From a virus (lineage: Duplodnaviria; Heunggongvirae; Uroviricota; Caudoviricetes): a stretch of 64,000 bases of DNA. The stretch covers positions 39,434 through 103,433 of the IMG/VR virus record IMGVR_UViG_3300033463_000048. The stretch is one strand, 5' to 3'. How positions within the stretch are numbered: position 1 is the first letter of the stretch; each line of letters begins with the position of its first letter. Under the pieces are notes generated by a model. It did no database searches, was not told the DNA's origin, and was given only the letters and a program-made list of their open reading frames with translations. The position numbers were made by a program, and so were the translations under genes. Positions 38,481-48,308 of this stretch are shown piece by piece.

Positions 38481-38783
38481 ATGGCTAATGCAGTTACAAA
38501 AGAGAAGATTAAGCAAATTAATCAGCTTTATTATGAATATCATAACTATGCAAAGGTTGGTAGAGAGTTAGGCATCGGCGCGGCAACTGTTAAAAAGTAT
38601 GTTGATCCCAACTACGCGCCCGTTGATGAAAGTTTGATAATCCGGTTCGATCCGGAAAAGGATATGCCCAGGGAATTCTCCACTCAGAGGTTTATGGAAG
38701 TTGAGAATTTTGGCGATTTGTGCATTCTTACGGAAGATGAACGAGAAGAAATAGAGATACTTCACGGAGAAATGGAGATTTAA
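38481..38783 (+). CDS. HTH DNA-binding protein (sigma region-4-like), possible transcription regulator
   Basis: YAKVGRELGIGAATVKKYV helix-turn-helix. Confidence 0.45.
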   Translation: MANAVTKEKIKQINQLYYEYHNYAKVGRELGIGAATVKKYVDPNYAPVDESLIIRFDPEKDMPREFSTQRFMEVENFGDLCILTEDEREEIEILHGEMEI

Positions 38784-38784
38784 G

Positions 38785-39144
38785 ATGATTGAGAAAAAAA
38801 AGATTTTCTATTTTAGGGAACGCGAAGGCGAACCTAATAGATATACTCTTGCAATAGATTATGATCTTGCAGAAGAGTTTTATATTAAATCTACAGAAGG
38901 AAGTTTCAACGTACTATTCGCGCGAGTTTTAAATATGGATTATCCAACCTTTCTTCGGTTTTGTCGAGACGTTGGTGGCGCGGAATTGATTGGTAAGAAC
39001 ACGTCTTATGTATATCCCGTCTTTAAAAAGACAAGCGAAGCAATTCAGATTTTGGATATGCTGAATGCGCAGATGAATTTGATTAAGTGGGAAAAGGATC
39101 ATCCCGATTGGGAAAAGCATCAGGAATATTTGGAGAAGAAATGA
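38785..39144 (+). CDS. hypothetical protein
   Basis: 119 aa; ATGA overlap with next gene. Confidence 0.4.
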   Translation: MIEKKKIFYFREREGEPNRYTLAIDYDLAEEFYIKSTEGSFNVLFARVLNMDYPTFLRFCRDVGGAELIGKNTSYVYPVFKKTSEAIQILDMLNAQMNLIKWEKDHPDWEKHQEYLEKK

Positions 39145-40010
39145 ATATAAATATTGATGATTTAAAAGCTTGTTTGGAAAAAGATTTACAAATTGTCTCA
39201 GAAGAAGAATTTGAATGGAGAGAAAAAGAAAAAAGGAGCCACGGAGATTTTTATACTCTTGAAGAAATTTGTGGAAAAGTTCAAGAGGGTATAGTTCCTT
39301 ATCAGATTCTTTGGTATATTTTGAGATATTACGTCTTAGATAAAAAAGAAATTTCAAAAATTGTTTCTACACTTGAAATTGATCGAGTGTTATTTGATAC
39401 AGATAAAGCGTATAATTCTTTTGGAGTAACTGGAAATTGTGAAGAAGTTAGTCATAGTGAAGAGATAACTTCCTCAAAACTAGTACATAATAGTTCTTAT
39501 GTAAGAGATAGTTATGATGTCGGCGCGTCGAAATATGTAAGTAATAGTTCATATATTTCTTCAAGTAAAAAGATAACTTATTCTACTCATATTTTTGACT
39601 CAAGTAATGTGGACCATTCGGCTTATATCTCAACTTCTTCAGGGGTAACTGATTGTCAGTACATTAAATTAGGAAATAATATTTCAAATAGTGTTTTTTG
39701 TCTTGGCTGTGACGATTTTGAAAATGGTTTATTCTGTGCCTTTATTAAAAATGAAAAAGATAAGTATTTTATCTTTAACAAAGAAGTTTCAAAAGAAAAT
39801 TTTGATAGGGCGCGAGACGATTTAATTGATATGTTTGGAAAGTTCTTTTATGTAGAACGCAATAAAGATGGCACCTATATTAAAGAGCGTGATATAAATG
39901 CCTTTAAAGAATATTGTTCTTCTATTGTTGGATATGATAAGGTAATATTTGATTATCTAATGAGAGAGATATTTGGTTTGTGGAAGCCAGTGGTGATGGG
40001 AAAATTTTGA
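39141..40010 (+). CDS. hypothetical protein with Ser/Asn-rich pentapeptide-like repeats
   Basis: Start MNINIDDL at 39141; repeats SNSSYISSSKKITYSTHIFDSSNV. Confidence 0.45.
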   Translation: MNINIDDLKACLEKDLQIVSEEEFEWREKEKRSHGDFYTLEEICGKVQEGIVPYQILWYILRYYVLDKKEISKIVSTLEIDRVLFDTDKAYNSFGVTGNCEEVSHSEEITSSKLVHNSSYVRDSYDVGASKYVSNSSYISSSKKITYSTHIFDSSNVDHSAYISTSSGVTDCQYIKLGNNISNSVFCLGCDDFENGLFCAFIKNEKDKYFIFNKEVSKENFDRARDDLIDMFGKFFYVERNKDGTYIKERDINAFKEYCSSIVGYDKVIFDYLMREIFGLWKPVVMGKF

Positions 40011-40164
40011 AATTTTCTAAAATTTAAATTATAATAAGTTTATAAAGAGTTCCGAGTGAAAGCCTAGCGCTTGGGGAGGAAAGCGGTATAAAGTCCTCAA
40101 CACCATAAATGTAGAAACCGGTTATACTGGGGCCGGCGGCGCGGAAAGTAGGAACTCTAATATC

Positions 40165-40236
40165 AGGGGTATAGCACAATGGTTAGTGCACCAGGCTTTG
40201 ACCCTGGGGATGCGGGTTCGATCCCCACTACCCTTG
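40165..40236 (+). tRNA. tRNA-Gln (anticodon TTG)
   Basis: Acceptor AGGGGTA/TACCCTT (one G-U), D-arm GCAC-AATGGTTA-GTGC, anticodon arm CCAGG-CTTTGAC-CCTGG, T-loop TTCGATC. Confidence 0.65.
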
Positions 40237-40266
40237 CTTAAGATTATTAAAAGGAGAAATAAAAAA

Positions 40267-40404
40267 ATGACTAACTCAGAAAAGCTGGCACTAATGGAAA
40301 ATCGTTATATTACTCTTAAAGAAAAAGAAAAGAATATTAAGTGTCCGGGAGTTCTTCGTCGCCTCGCGCGCGAAATTAGAAATTTGAAAAAGAAAGGAAA
40401 CTAA
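40267..40404 (+). CDS. small basic protein
   Basis: MTNSEKLALMENRY...; RBS aaaggag; the upstream part of the annotated ORF overlaps the tRNA. Confidence 0.35.
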   Translation: MTNSEKLALMENRYITLKEKEKNIKCPGVLRRLAREIRNLKKKGN

Positions 40405-40405
40405 A

Positions 40406-40666
40406 ATGGAGTGGAAAGATCACAAAGCCACTAAATGTGTTTTCGATACCGAAGATAAAAAGGCTATTTATCGAGTGATAGGAATGTTAGAGTATATACG
40501 TATGCAAAGGAATTGTATGGAAGCTGATGGTTTTACAACCTTTTTGCAAATGGGTGGTCTTCCTACTATTTATAGCGTAGATACTTTAAATAAAATCATA
40601 GAAGTTCTTAAAGATATGATGGAAAATACAACTATTGAACTATTAGAAAGGAATAAAAATGCTTAA
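40406..40666 (+). CDS. hypothetical protein
   Basis: 86 aa. Confidence 0.4.
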   Translation: MEWKDHKATKCVFDTEDKKAIYRVIGMLEYIRMQRNCMEADGFTTFLQMGGLPTIYSVDTLNKIIEVLKDMMENTTIELLERNKNA

Positions 40667-40877
40667 ACTTACTTTCTCAGAAAAATTTGTTAATGCGCCG
40701 GATTTTTATCACGATATTGATTTTACGACTAATCTGAGTGAAGATGCTTCTATTGGTGATTATGTAGATGCATTTAAGAAGTTTCTTTTTGCAGCAGGCT
40801 TTTATCCCGATACTATTAATAAGTATATTAATGATGATGCCTTAGATGAGTTTTATAATAGTCAGATTTCTGACTAA
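40659..40877 (+). CDS. hypothetical protein
   Basis: 72 aa. Confidence 0.35.
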   Translation: MLKLTFSEKFVNAPDFYHDIDFTTNLSEDASIGDYVDAFKKFLFAAGFYPDTINKYINDDALDEFYNSQISD

Positions 40878-40903
40878 ATATATCTTTGTGGGAGGAACCC
40901 CAT

Positions 40904-41116
40904 ATGAGTCTCGACAAAGCAATTAAACACAAGAAAGAAAAACGTAAACCTTATTACGGTTCAAAAGCTGTCTGTAAAAGTTGCCGCAATAATGGTAGTT
41001 GTGAATGGTGTAAAGAAAATCGTCTACACAAATTTGAGAAATCAGTAATTATAGACGACGAAATGCAAGCGGAAATTGATACAGCGATAAGTGTAGAAAG
41101 AGAAGAAAATGTATAA
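40904..41116 (+). CDS. small Cys-rich (CxxC...CxxC) protein
   Basis: MSLDKAIK...CKSCRNNGSCEWC. Confidence 0.4.
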   Translation: MSLDKAIKHKKEKRKPYYGSKAVCKSCRNNGSCEWCKENRLHKFEKSVIIDDEMQAEIDTAISVEREENV

Positions 41117-41309
41117 ATTTCAAAATGTAAAATCAAGCGCAATTTCAAAAATAGGATTTGATAAAGAAACTAATAAATTAGCTGTAATTTTCCACCACGG
41201 TAGAGAATATGAATATGAGGGTGTTTCAGAAGCAACCTTTAAGCAGTTTATAAACGCTCCGTCAATCGGAAAATATTATAATCAGCATATTAAAGGACTT
41301 CTTCCTTAG
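41109..41309 (+). CDS. KTSC-domain protein
   Basis: SSAISKIGFDKETNKLAVIFHHGREYEYEGVSEATFKQFINAPSIGKYYNQHIK matches the KTSC domain pattern. Confidence 0.55.
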   Translation: MYKFQNVKSSAISKIGFDKETNKLAVIFHHGREYEYEGVSEATFKQFINAPSIGKYYNQHIKGLLP

Positions 41310-41329
41310 TAAAAGATAGAATTTTAAAA

Positions 41330-41369
41330 CGGAACTCCCACTTTTATTTAAGGGAGTTCCGATTTTTTT
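41330..41369 (+). terminator. rho-independent terminator
   Basis: cggaactccc-12 nt loop-gggagttccg followed by attttttt. Confidence 0.8.
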
Positions 41370-41387
41370 GGAGGAATAAATATATAA

Positions 41388-42002
41388 ATGGCAAAATATG
41401 AAAAGTATGAGGGTATGTCCCTTCCAGATCCTGATCGCGTGCAATACTATGAGCAACTTACGAATCGTACAATGTGGATTGTAGATGAGATAGATGACTC
41501 ACTTTATTCAGTGATTGAAAAAATTATTCGATTTAATAGAGAAGATGCAGAGGCGGGATTGGATGATCCTTATGATCGTCAGCCTATTAAACTTATAATC
41601 GCATCACCTGGAGGACTTGTTGATAATGCGCGCTCACTTGTTTCTATTATGGCGATTTCTCAAACTCCAATTATTACAATTGGTATTGGACAAGTAGCGA
41701 GCGCGGCATCAATGATCTTCTTGGCAGGGCATAAGCGTATTGCTACAAAGAATACTTATTTCGTATTTCATAATGGAAGTTGTGAAAATTTGAGTGGTAC
41801 TTTTGCTGAATTACGCGCTTTCATGATGAATTATGAAAAGGAAATAGAAGAACTTTCTGAATTTTATAAAGAATATACTTCATTTGATCCAGAGTATATT
41901 GATGAAAAATTAAATGAAGGAGATTGGTATATTAGAATCGATGAAGCTATAAAGTGTGGAATCGTTGATGAAGTTACAGACGATATATCAATTTTCTTTT
42001 AA
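41388..42002 (+). CDS. clpP: ClpP-family serine protease
   Basis: IASPGGLV and GQVASAASMIFLAGHKR match ClpP catalytic Ser and His regions. Confidence 0.65.
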   Translation: MAKYEKYEGMSLPDPDRVQYYEQLTNRTMWIVDEIDDSLYSVIEKIIRFNREDAEAGLDDPYDRQPIKLIIASPGGLVDNARSLVSIMAISQTPIITIGIGQVASAASMIFLAGHKRIATKNTYFVFHNGSCENLSGTFAELRAFMMNYEKEIEELSEFYKEYTSFDPEYIDEKLNEGDWYIRIDEAIKCGIVDEVTDDISIFF

Positions 42003-42013
42003 AGGAGAATTAA

Positions 42014-43630
42014 ATGATAAATTATTTCGGCTATCTTGAAGTGGAACTTAATGATGAGGACTTTGCAACACTACAAGGAGGAAGCACACCTGAGTCTTTG
42101 GGAGAGTTAAAAGAGAACCAATATATTATTGCTAAAGACCGGTTTGGGAGAGTTGAATATTTTCAGTTTAAGAATAGTAAAGTAGAAAGAATTTTATATA
42201 CTGAATTAGGGAATGATTTTACAGGTAAAATTAAACCATTAAACGACCAACAAGTTTGCGCCTTTCATATGTTAAGAGATAAGGACGTTCCGGTGAAACT
42301 TATAACTGGTAAGTTTGGTACCGGTAAGGCGCAACCAATAGATACAGTAATCCCTACCCCAATGGGTATGAAGAGACTTGGGGATATAAAAGTTGGAGAT
42401 TATGTGTTCGCGCGTGATGGACGTAAAACGAAAGTTTTAGGTATATTTCCTCAAGGAGTTCTTACTAATTATAGAGTAGAACTTAGCGACGGGCGCGTTG
42501 TATTTTGTAATGATGAACATATTTGGACTTGCGTGGATAAAGATGGAAATTTTTTTGATACTACAATTAAAGAAATTATAAGTTCTTATATGTTATATGA
42601 GGGAGAATATTATAGAATCCCTTGGAACGAAGCAGTTAAATATGAAGCAGTTATAGACGAAAGGGATTTTTATAAGGAAGGACATTACATCTCTTGTGAA
42701 ATTCCTAAAGAATTTATGACCGCGCCGATTGATCAAAGAATGCGTCTTTTAGCTGGAATTATTGATTCTAAAGGACTTATCAAGGCACGCCGCTTATATT
42801 TAAGACTTAAGGACTTTAATCTTATTAGGGATATGTATTCTTTCTTAATGGGATTAGGAATTTACGCATATAATGATGATACTGTAATTGAAGATAACTT
42901 AACTGCGGAAATTCATTTATGTTTAAACGAAAAGCAAATAAGTGAAATTTCTCCTTATCTTTATATGTTTGAATTAGAGAGACAAATCGATCCCGAGGAG
43001 AAACCTGCACTAGAAATCACCGATATATATACTGTTGGTGAAGCAGAAATGGTATGTATTTTGGTTGATAATCCAGAGCATTTATATTTGACTAATGATT
43101 ATATTGTAACTCATAATACAATGGCAAATATTGTTGCCGCGCTGGAAGCGGTTCAAAAGGGTGAGTTTGAGAAGATTATATTTATTAGAAATAATGTACA
43201 AGTGGCTGGGACAGATCCCATTGGCGCACTTCCAGGAGACGAACATGATAAACTTCTTCCGTATTTAATGCCTTTTGCAGACCATTGCGGTGGTATAGAA
43301 GGTATTCAAAGATTAATAGAAGAAGAAAAACTTGAAGTAATTCCTCTTGCTTTTTTAAGAGGTCGTAGTATTAGAAATGCTATTCTTTATTCAATGGAAT
43401 CAGAAAATTTAACTAAAGAACATATTCAATTAATTTTAGGAAGAGTAGATAAGGGTTCTCAGTTATGGATGGATGGAGATATTAAGCAAAGAGATAAGGC
43501 TATATTTGAAAAGTCTCAAGGACTTGAAATTATGATTGAAAGACTGGCGGGGAATCCTTTATTTGGCTATGTAAATTTAGTTAAGTCAGAACGTTCACCA
43601 ATAGCCGCACTTAGCGATCTACTTGATTAA
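42014..43630 (+). CDS. phoH: PhoH-like ATPase interrupted by an intein
   Basis: The 105-aa N-extein ends GKFGTGK; the C-extein TMANIVAALEAVQKGEFEKIIFIRNN...LPGDEHDKLLPYLMPFADH is a PhoH core. Removing residues 106-368 restores the Walker A motif GTGKT. Confidence 0.8.
   Translation: MINYFGYLEVELNDEDFATLQGGSTPESLGELKENQYIIAKDRFGRVEYFQFKNSKVERILYTELGNDFTGKIKPLNDQQVCAFHMLRDKDVPVKLITGKFGTGKAQPIDTVIPTPMGMKRLGDIKVGDYVFARDGRKTKVLGIFPQGVLTNYRVELSDGRVVFCNDEHIWTCVDKDGNFFDTTIKEIISSYMLYEGEYYRIPWNEAVKYEAVIDERDFYKEGHYISCEIPKEFMTAPIDQRMRLLAGIIDSKGLIKARRLYLRLKDFNLIRDMYSFLMGLGIYAYNDDTVIEDNLTAEIHLCLNEKQISEISPYLYMFELERQIDPEEKPALEITDIYTVGEAEMVCILVDNPEHLYLTNDYIVTHNTMANIVAALEAVQKGEFEKIIFIRNNVQVAGTDPIGALPGDEHDKLLPYLMPFADHCGGIEGIQRLIEEEKLEVIPLAFLRGRSIRNAILYSMESENLTKEHIQLILGRVDKGSQLWMDGDIKQRDKAIFEKSQGLEIMIERLAGNPLFGYVNLVKSERSPIAALSDLLD
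42329..43117 (+). mobile_element. intein (263 aa) with LAGLIDADG homing-endonuclease domain; Ala1, C-terminal HN, +1 Thr
   Basis: Block A AQPIDTVI, block B NDEHIWT, LAGLIDADG-like MRLLAGIIDSKG, C-terminal YIVTHN followed by T. Confidence 0.75.
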
Positions 43631-44435
43631 GGTATTAAAAATGACAAATATTTATAAGATAACAAATATTGTTAATGGTAATATTTATATTGGAAAAACA
43701 ATTAACAATATTAATGACCGTTGGAAAGAACATATTTACTCTGCGATATCAAAAGATAAAGATGGTAATTGTCCTCTTCATTGTGCTATTAGAAAATATG
43801 GAAAAGAAAATTTTTTAATAGAATTAATTGATAGGTGCGAGGATTTTGATAGTTCAAATAAGGAAAAGTATTGGATAAAATACTATGATTCTTATAATAA
43901 TGGATATAATGCTACTTTGGGTGGGGATGGAAATCCATTATATGATAGAGAATATATCAAAAAATTATGGGACGATGGGCTGTCTAATAAAGAAATTAGA
44001 GAAATTATTGGTTGTGATAAGAAAGTAATAAGAAAGACTCTTTATTCTTATGGCATAACAAAAGAAGAGCTTTATAAAAGAAGAGGGAAGAATATAGAGA
44101 AAGATATAGATAAAGATTATTTAAAAGAGTTATGGGATGAAGAGCTAACTCTAACCCAAATTGCCGAAATTTTTAATGTTGAACAAAAAACTATTATGCG
44201 AAGATTAGAAAAAATTGGTATTGACTCTAATCAACGACATAATAGATATTATGATTCACTTTTAAAGGTTCATTGGTCTGTTATTTTAAATTTGTATAAA
44301 GAAGGAAAAACTATTTCAGAAATTCGAAAAATAACGGGCTGTGGATTTAATTCTATAGAAAAAACAATAATCAGGCATCGAGACTATTTAAAAGATAAAA
44401 ATGAAGTCAGGACTATGGCTGATTTGCTTGATTAA
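43623..44435 (+). CDS. GIY-YIG homing endonuclease
   Basis: NIYKITNIVNGNIYIGKT ... YNATLGGDG; repeated HTH-like modules. Confidence 0.8.
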   Translation: MIKVLKMTNIYKITNIVNGNIYIGKTINNINDRWKEHIYSAISKDKDGNCPLHCAIRKYGKENFLIELIDRCEDFDSSNKEKYWIKYYDSYNNGYNATLGGDGNPLYDREYIKKLWDDGLSNKEIREIIGCDKKVIRKTLYSYGITKEELYKRRGKNIEKDIDKDYLKELWDEELTLTQIAEIFNVEQKTIMRRLEKIGIDSNQRHNRYYDSLLKVHWSVILNLYKEGKTISEIRKITGCGFNSIEKTIIRHRDYLKDKNEVRTMADLLD

Positions 44436-44452
44436 GTTGAGGAGGAAGAGGT

Positions 44453-46447
44453 ATGAGAGGATATACCTATTATAATCCAGGTGGTGCCGCCGGCATGAGG
44501 GATAGATATTATAGCGTAATTAATTTAAATGACCCATTTAATAAACCCAATCCTTATGGTATGGCTGCAATAAGAAATGCTAAGGATACTATAACAGAAT
44601 CTCGTGTTTCTATTGAACATTTGGCCGATTATCTTGATCAATTGGCTGCTAGGCTAGAAAATGATGAAGATAGATATATTCAAAAGAAGATAGCTCAGTT
44701 TGAAAAAGACCCTTATTTTAAAGGAGAAATTGAGGGAGAAACAAATGGCGTGGGAATGTTAAGAGCAATAAAAGATGCTCAAAAAAAGGGTAATTATTCT
44801 GATGCTTTTACTCTTTTGTTTAATGCCAGACAATCTCTTCAAACTTTAATGAATCAACGAAATGCATCTATAAGAACTTTTAAAAAAAATGCAAAAAATC
44901 TTCAAGGCATACAAAAAACAACCGAATGGCGCGAAAATGTAGACCTTGTAAAATTAATGAATGATGATAAACTTTTTGAAGAACTTGAAAATAGTTTTGA
45001 ACAAAGTTTTGATATTAATGATCCTAAACTGAGTCCAAAATTTACTAATGAATATTATATTGGTATAGCAGAAAAAATGGAAGAAGCAATCCGAAATGAG
45101 CAATTTCGAAGAGGAAATTATGCAAATTTAGATCCTGTCTTTAAAAGAAAAGGAGGAATAACAGACCAAATTAAAGACATATTTGCTCAAGCTGGACTTA
45201 TAAGAATGACAAATTCAGAAAGAGAATTATTGAAAGATATAAATCATAAAGAAAGTAACGCTGATAAACTTAGAGATTCAAAAATAAATGCTATTCTAAA
45301 AAAGGCAGTTTTGCAGAATACGGACATGAAGAAAAGAAATAAAAAACAGTCAACTCTTTTGAAAGAAATTTTGGATGTTATAAATTCTGGCGACCCTACT
45401 GAGTTATTTGGTTCTTTAAAATTACAAAAAGATATGGGAGTCATTGGAGTAGCGCTAACTGGTTCTCAAAGAGGAAAAAGAACTAACTGGTTAGGTGAAT
45501 CTTTTACAGTACAAAGAAGAGAAGACGTTGTTGCTTTTGATATTACTACTGATTATGATAAAGTTGTTGAAAAAGTAAGAGATTATTTTTATAATACTTA
45601 TGATTGGGCTACAATGTCTACTGAGCAAATGGAAAAATTAATTCAAGAAACCGCCCAAAAATGGGTAGAGGAAGGACGCGCCTTAGAAGATTTTTTTACT
45701 ATAAGAATAAATACTAAAGGTTATACTTCTAATCTTGATTTAGCTATTTTAAATAAAGGTACAAAATTAAAAGCGGCTGAAACCAATTTAATAAATCTTT
45801 CACAGAGTTTGAAGAGTGTTCAAGGTAACGTAGATAAGATAACTGGCTCTTCAGCAAGTAATTTTATAGGGAAGGCAAAAAGCATAGATAATCTTATTTT
45901 TTTGTTAGATAGCGCAATTCCTATTGGTATGTCTAGTGATATTTTATCTTCAATAGAAGATTGTATTGCTTCTATGTGTTGGATTTGGATGTGGGATGCC
46001 AATATGACAGATTTAGTTAATTTAGGAGATAATTCATCCAATTCAAATACTTTATATTTATTTCAATCTGGTGGTGCTTTGTTTAGTGGCTCTCAAATTA
46101 TTAAAGAGGCTTCAAAAGAAATAAAAGGCACGAGTATGGGTGGTATTATTAAAGTACATTTATCAATGACAAAAGATGTAAATAGAGAATATTATTTAAG
46201 TTTAAAAGAAAAGTTCCCTGTACCAGCAATTACAAAAGGAGAATCTTATACATATATAGATTCAAAAGGGCGAGAAAAAACTAGTAATAAGCATTATGGT
46301 AGCTATGAAGATCAACAAAAAGCATTGGAAAAACGTTGGGTTATGTTGAGAAATAAAGTTATAAATGATAGTACCTTACATATTGATTTTAATCAAAGGA
46401 TGATGGATAGTTTGCTTATGAAATTATCTGTTTTAAGAAATTTGTAA
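44453..46447 (+). CDS. large hypothetical protein (664 aa)
   Basis: No recognisable motif; coiled-coil-rich middle. Confidence 0.4.
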   Translation: MRGYTYYNPGGAAGMRDRYYSVINLNDPFNKPNPYGMAAIRNAKDTITESRVSIEHLADYLDQLAARLENDEDRYIQKKIAQFEKDPYFKGEIEGETNGVGMLRAIKDAQKKGNYSDAFTLLFNARQSLQTLMNQRNASIRTFKKNAKNLQGIQKTTEWRENVDLVKLMNDDKLFEELENSFEQSFDINDPKLSPKFTNEYYIGIAEKMEEAIRNEQFRRGNYANLDPVFKRKGGITDQIKDIFAQAGLIRMTNSERELLKDINHKESNADKLRDSKINAILKKAVLQNTDMKKRNKKQSTLLKEILDVINSGDPTELFGSLKLQKDMGVIGVALTGSQRGKRTNWLGESFTVQRREDVVAFDITTDYDKVVEKVRDYFYNTYDWATMSTEQMEKLIQETAQKWVEEGRALEDFFTIRINTKGYTSNLDLAILNKGTKLKAAETNLINLSQSLKSVQGNVDKITGSSASNFIGKAKSIDNLIFLLDSAIPIGMSSDILSSIEDCIASMCWIWMWDANMTDLVNLGDNSSNSNTLYLFQSGGALFSGSQIIKEASKEIKGTSMGGIIKVHLSMTKDVNREYYLSLKEKFPVPAITKGESYTYIDSKGREKTSNKHYGSYEDQQKALEKRWVMLRNKVINDSTLHIDFNQRMMDSLLMKLSVLRNL

Positions 46448-46500
46448 ATTTTTTAAAATTATAATATAATAAAAGAAAAAGAGAAAGAGAGTTTAAAGAA

Positions 46501-47382
46501 ATGACTGTATTTTTAACCGGTGATACACATGGCGAAACTATAGATACATATCAGCGTATTAATTATATGCTGAATAATGAAAGGGAAAAAGCAGATGGAT
46601 TTATTGCTTCTGATGATACTGTTTTGGTTATTTTGGGAGATTTTGGAGGGAACTTCGGAGGAGGACAGTCAGTAGAAGATATCGAATTTAAAGAAATGCT
46701 AGAAGAGTTTGGAATTACATATTTTGTAATTCGTGGCAATCATGACCAGCGCCCTTCTAACTTATTTAATGGTGATACTTGGCATTTCGAGCAAATGTTC
46801 GATGGTCCTACTTATGTAGAAAATAGATTCCCACATATCCATTATGCAATGGATTATCCTTGGGTTTATAATATCGAAGGTAAGAAGACCTTGGTCCTTC
46901 CTGGCGCATATAGTGTAGATAAGGGTTGGCGCATTAATTATGAGAGAAGATATAAAATTCCTATTTGGTTCCCTGATGAGCAGATGACTTCTGCAGAACG
47001 CGAGTATGCTATGACTTTGTGTAGACTTAATGATTTTAAGTTTGATATGATTCTTAGCCATACCGCTCCTTTTTCTAAGATTCCTCATTCTAGTTTTAAA
47101 TATGGAAGAGATATTATTAATGGTTGTGTAGTAGATACTACTATGGAAGAACTTTTTGATAATATTTATAAGATGTGTGAATTTAAACTATGGGCCTGGG
47201 GTCACTATCACGAGAATTTTGGCGCAAAAGACCTTAGCGAGGACAAATATTATCTTTGCCTTTATGAAAGAATTGATAGTCTTGAAAAATTGTTTTACAA
47301 TGGCCCAAGCTATCGATATGCAGAAAGACAAGATATATATAATAAAGTTTTTGAAAAAGTAGAGGACACAAATGGACAGTAA
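46501..47382 (+). CDS. calcineurin-like metallophosphoesterase (Ser/Thr phosphatase-like)
   Basis: GDTHG, GDFGGN, GNHDQ motifs. Confidence 0.7.
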   Translation: MTVFLTGDTHGETIDTYQRINYMLNNEREKADGFIASDDTVLVILGDFGGNFGGGQSVEDIEFKEMLEEFGITYFVIRGNHDQRPSNLFNGDTWHFEQMFDGPTYVENRFPHIHYAMDYPWVYNIEGKKTLVLPGAYSVDKGWRINYERRYKIPIWFPDEQMTSAEREYAMTLCRLNDFKFDMILSHTAPFSKIPHSSFKYGRDIINGCVVDTTMEELFDNIYKMCEFKLWAWGHYHENFGAKDLSEDKYYLCLYERIDSLEKLFYNGPSYRYAERQDIYNKVFEKVEDTNGQ

Positions 47383-48220
47383 GGATTTAAGGTTTATAAA
47401 GTTTTTACTTCTTTTAATTATTATTGGGATTATATATGTATTATATGATCTTAGTAATAATAACCGAGAAATAGAAACTTGGAAAGTAGATTGGGGAGTA
47501 GATGAAACACCCACAGTAGAACCTTCTCCCACAGAAGGAATGGGGATTTCAATATCGCGCGCGAAGCCTACGGATTGGATTTCTCCTACTCCAACTTTTA
47601 CAATTACGCCGGAGCCGACGGCAACGCCGACTCCGACTTTTGTTGTAATAGACACACCTACTCCTAAGCCTACGAAAACTCCTAAACCTACTAAAACACC
47701 TACTTCTAAACCGACTCCGCGCCCTACACCAAAACCTACACAATCCGTATATCCATGTGAAAAGACGGTGCCGCGCGGTGGTCATGATTGGAAACCATGG
47801 GCGCGCCATACAAAAATTACACTTAAATCTTCACCACAGTATAAGCTACAGAAGAAAGCAAAGACGGATTCTAATGGGTTGAGATATTGTATAGATCCCA
47901 GTGGTGAAAAAAGATACTGTGTCGCGCTGAATACGTATTGGTGCGGCGGTAGCCCTGAAGATATTGGAAGATGTTTTGATGTGGTTATGGCTAATGGAAG
48001 TACACTTAAGTGTTGTTTGGGTGATGTAAAGAAAGATGAGAACTCATGGAAGGGGCAATGTAAGTTTGGAAGTAAGGGAGAATTATTAGAATTCCAAGCA
48101 GAGCAAAAGAAATTAAGTAAGAAAATAAATGGTGATGTATCCGCGCTAGGTGGCGCATTTGAAGGAGAAGCAGTTAAGATAATTGCTTATGACTTCTTTA
48201 TAGAAGGGTTTGGTGAATAA
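47372..48220 (+). CDS. membrane-anchored protein with Pro/Thr-rich linker and Cys-rich C-terminal domain
   Basis: TM LLLLIIIGIIYVLY; PTPTxxP repeats; 9 Cys in C-terminal 120 aa. Confidence 0.45.
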   Translation: MDSKDLRFIKFLLLLIIIGIIYVLYDLSNNNREIETWKVDWGVDETPTVEPSPTEGMGISISRAKPTDWISPTPTFTITPEPTATPTPTFVVIDTPTPKPTKTPKPTKTPTSKPTPRPTPKPTQSVYPCEKTVPRGGHDWKPWARHTKITLKSSPQYKLQKKAKTDSNGLRYCIDPSGEKRYCVALNTYWCGGSPEDIGRCFDVVMANGSTLKCCLGDVKKDENSWKGQCKFGSKGELLEFQAEQKKLSKKINGDVSALGGAFEGEAVKIIAYDFFIEGFGE

Positions 48221-48308
48221 AATGGAATTTATTTTTCTTTTTATTTTGTTTATGTGGCTATTTGATGATTTTGACTCGGAGAAAAGAGACGACGAGTAGG
48301 GAGGCACT

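Noticed and set aside
38481-38783. Small terminase subunit
   Set aside because: Apart from the HTH there is no support. No large terminase follows. An HTH regulator is more likely.
44453-46447. Portal or terminase assignment for the 664-aa ORF
   Set aside because: No Walker A or terminase nuclease motifs and no recognisable portal signature. The neighbouring genes are non-structural. Left as hypothetical.
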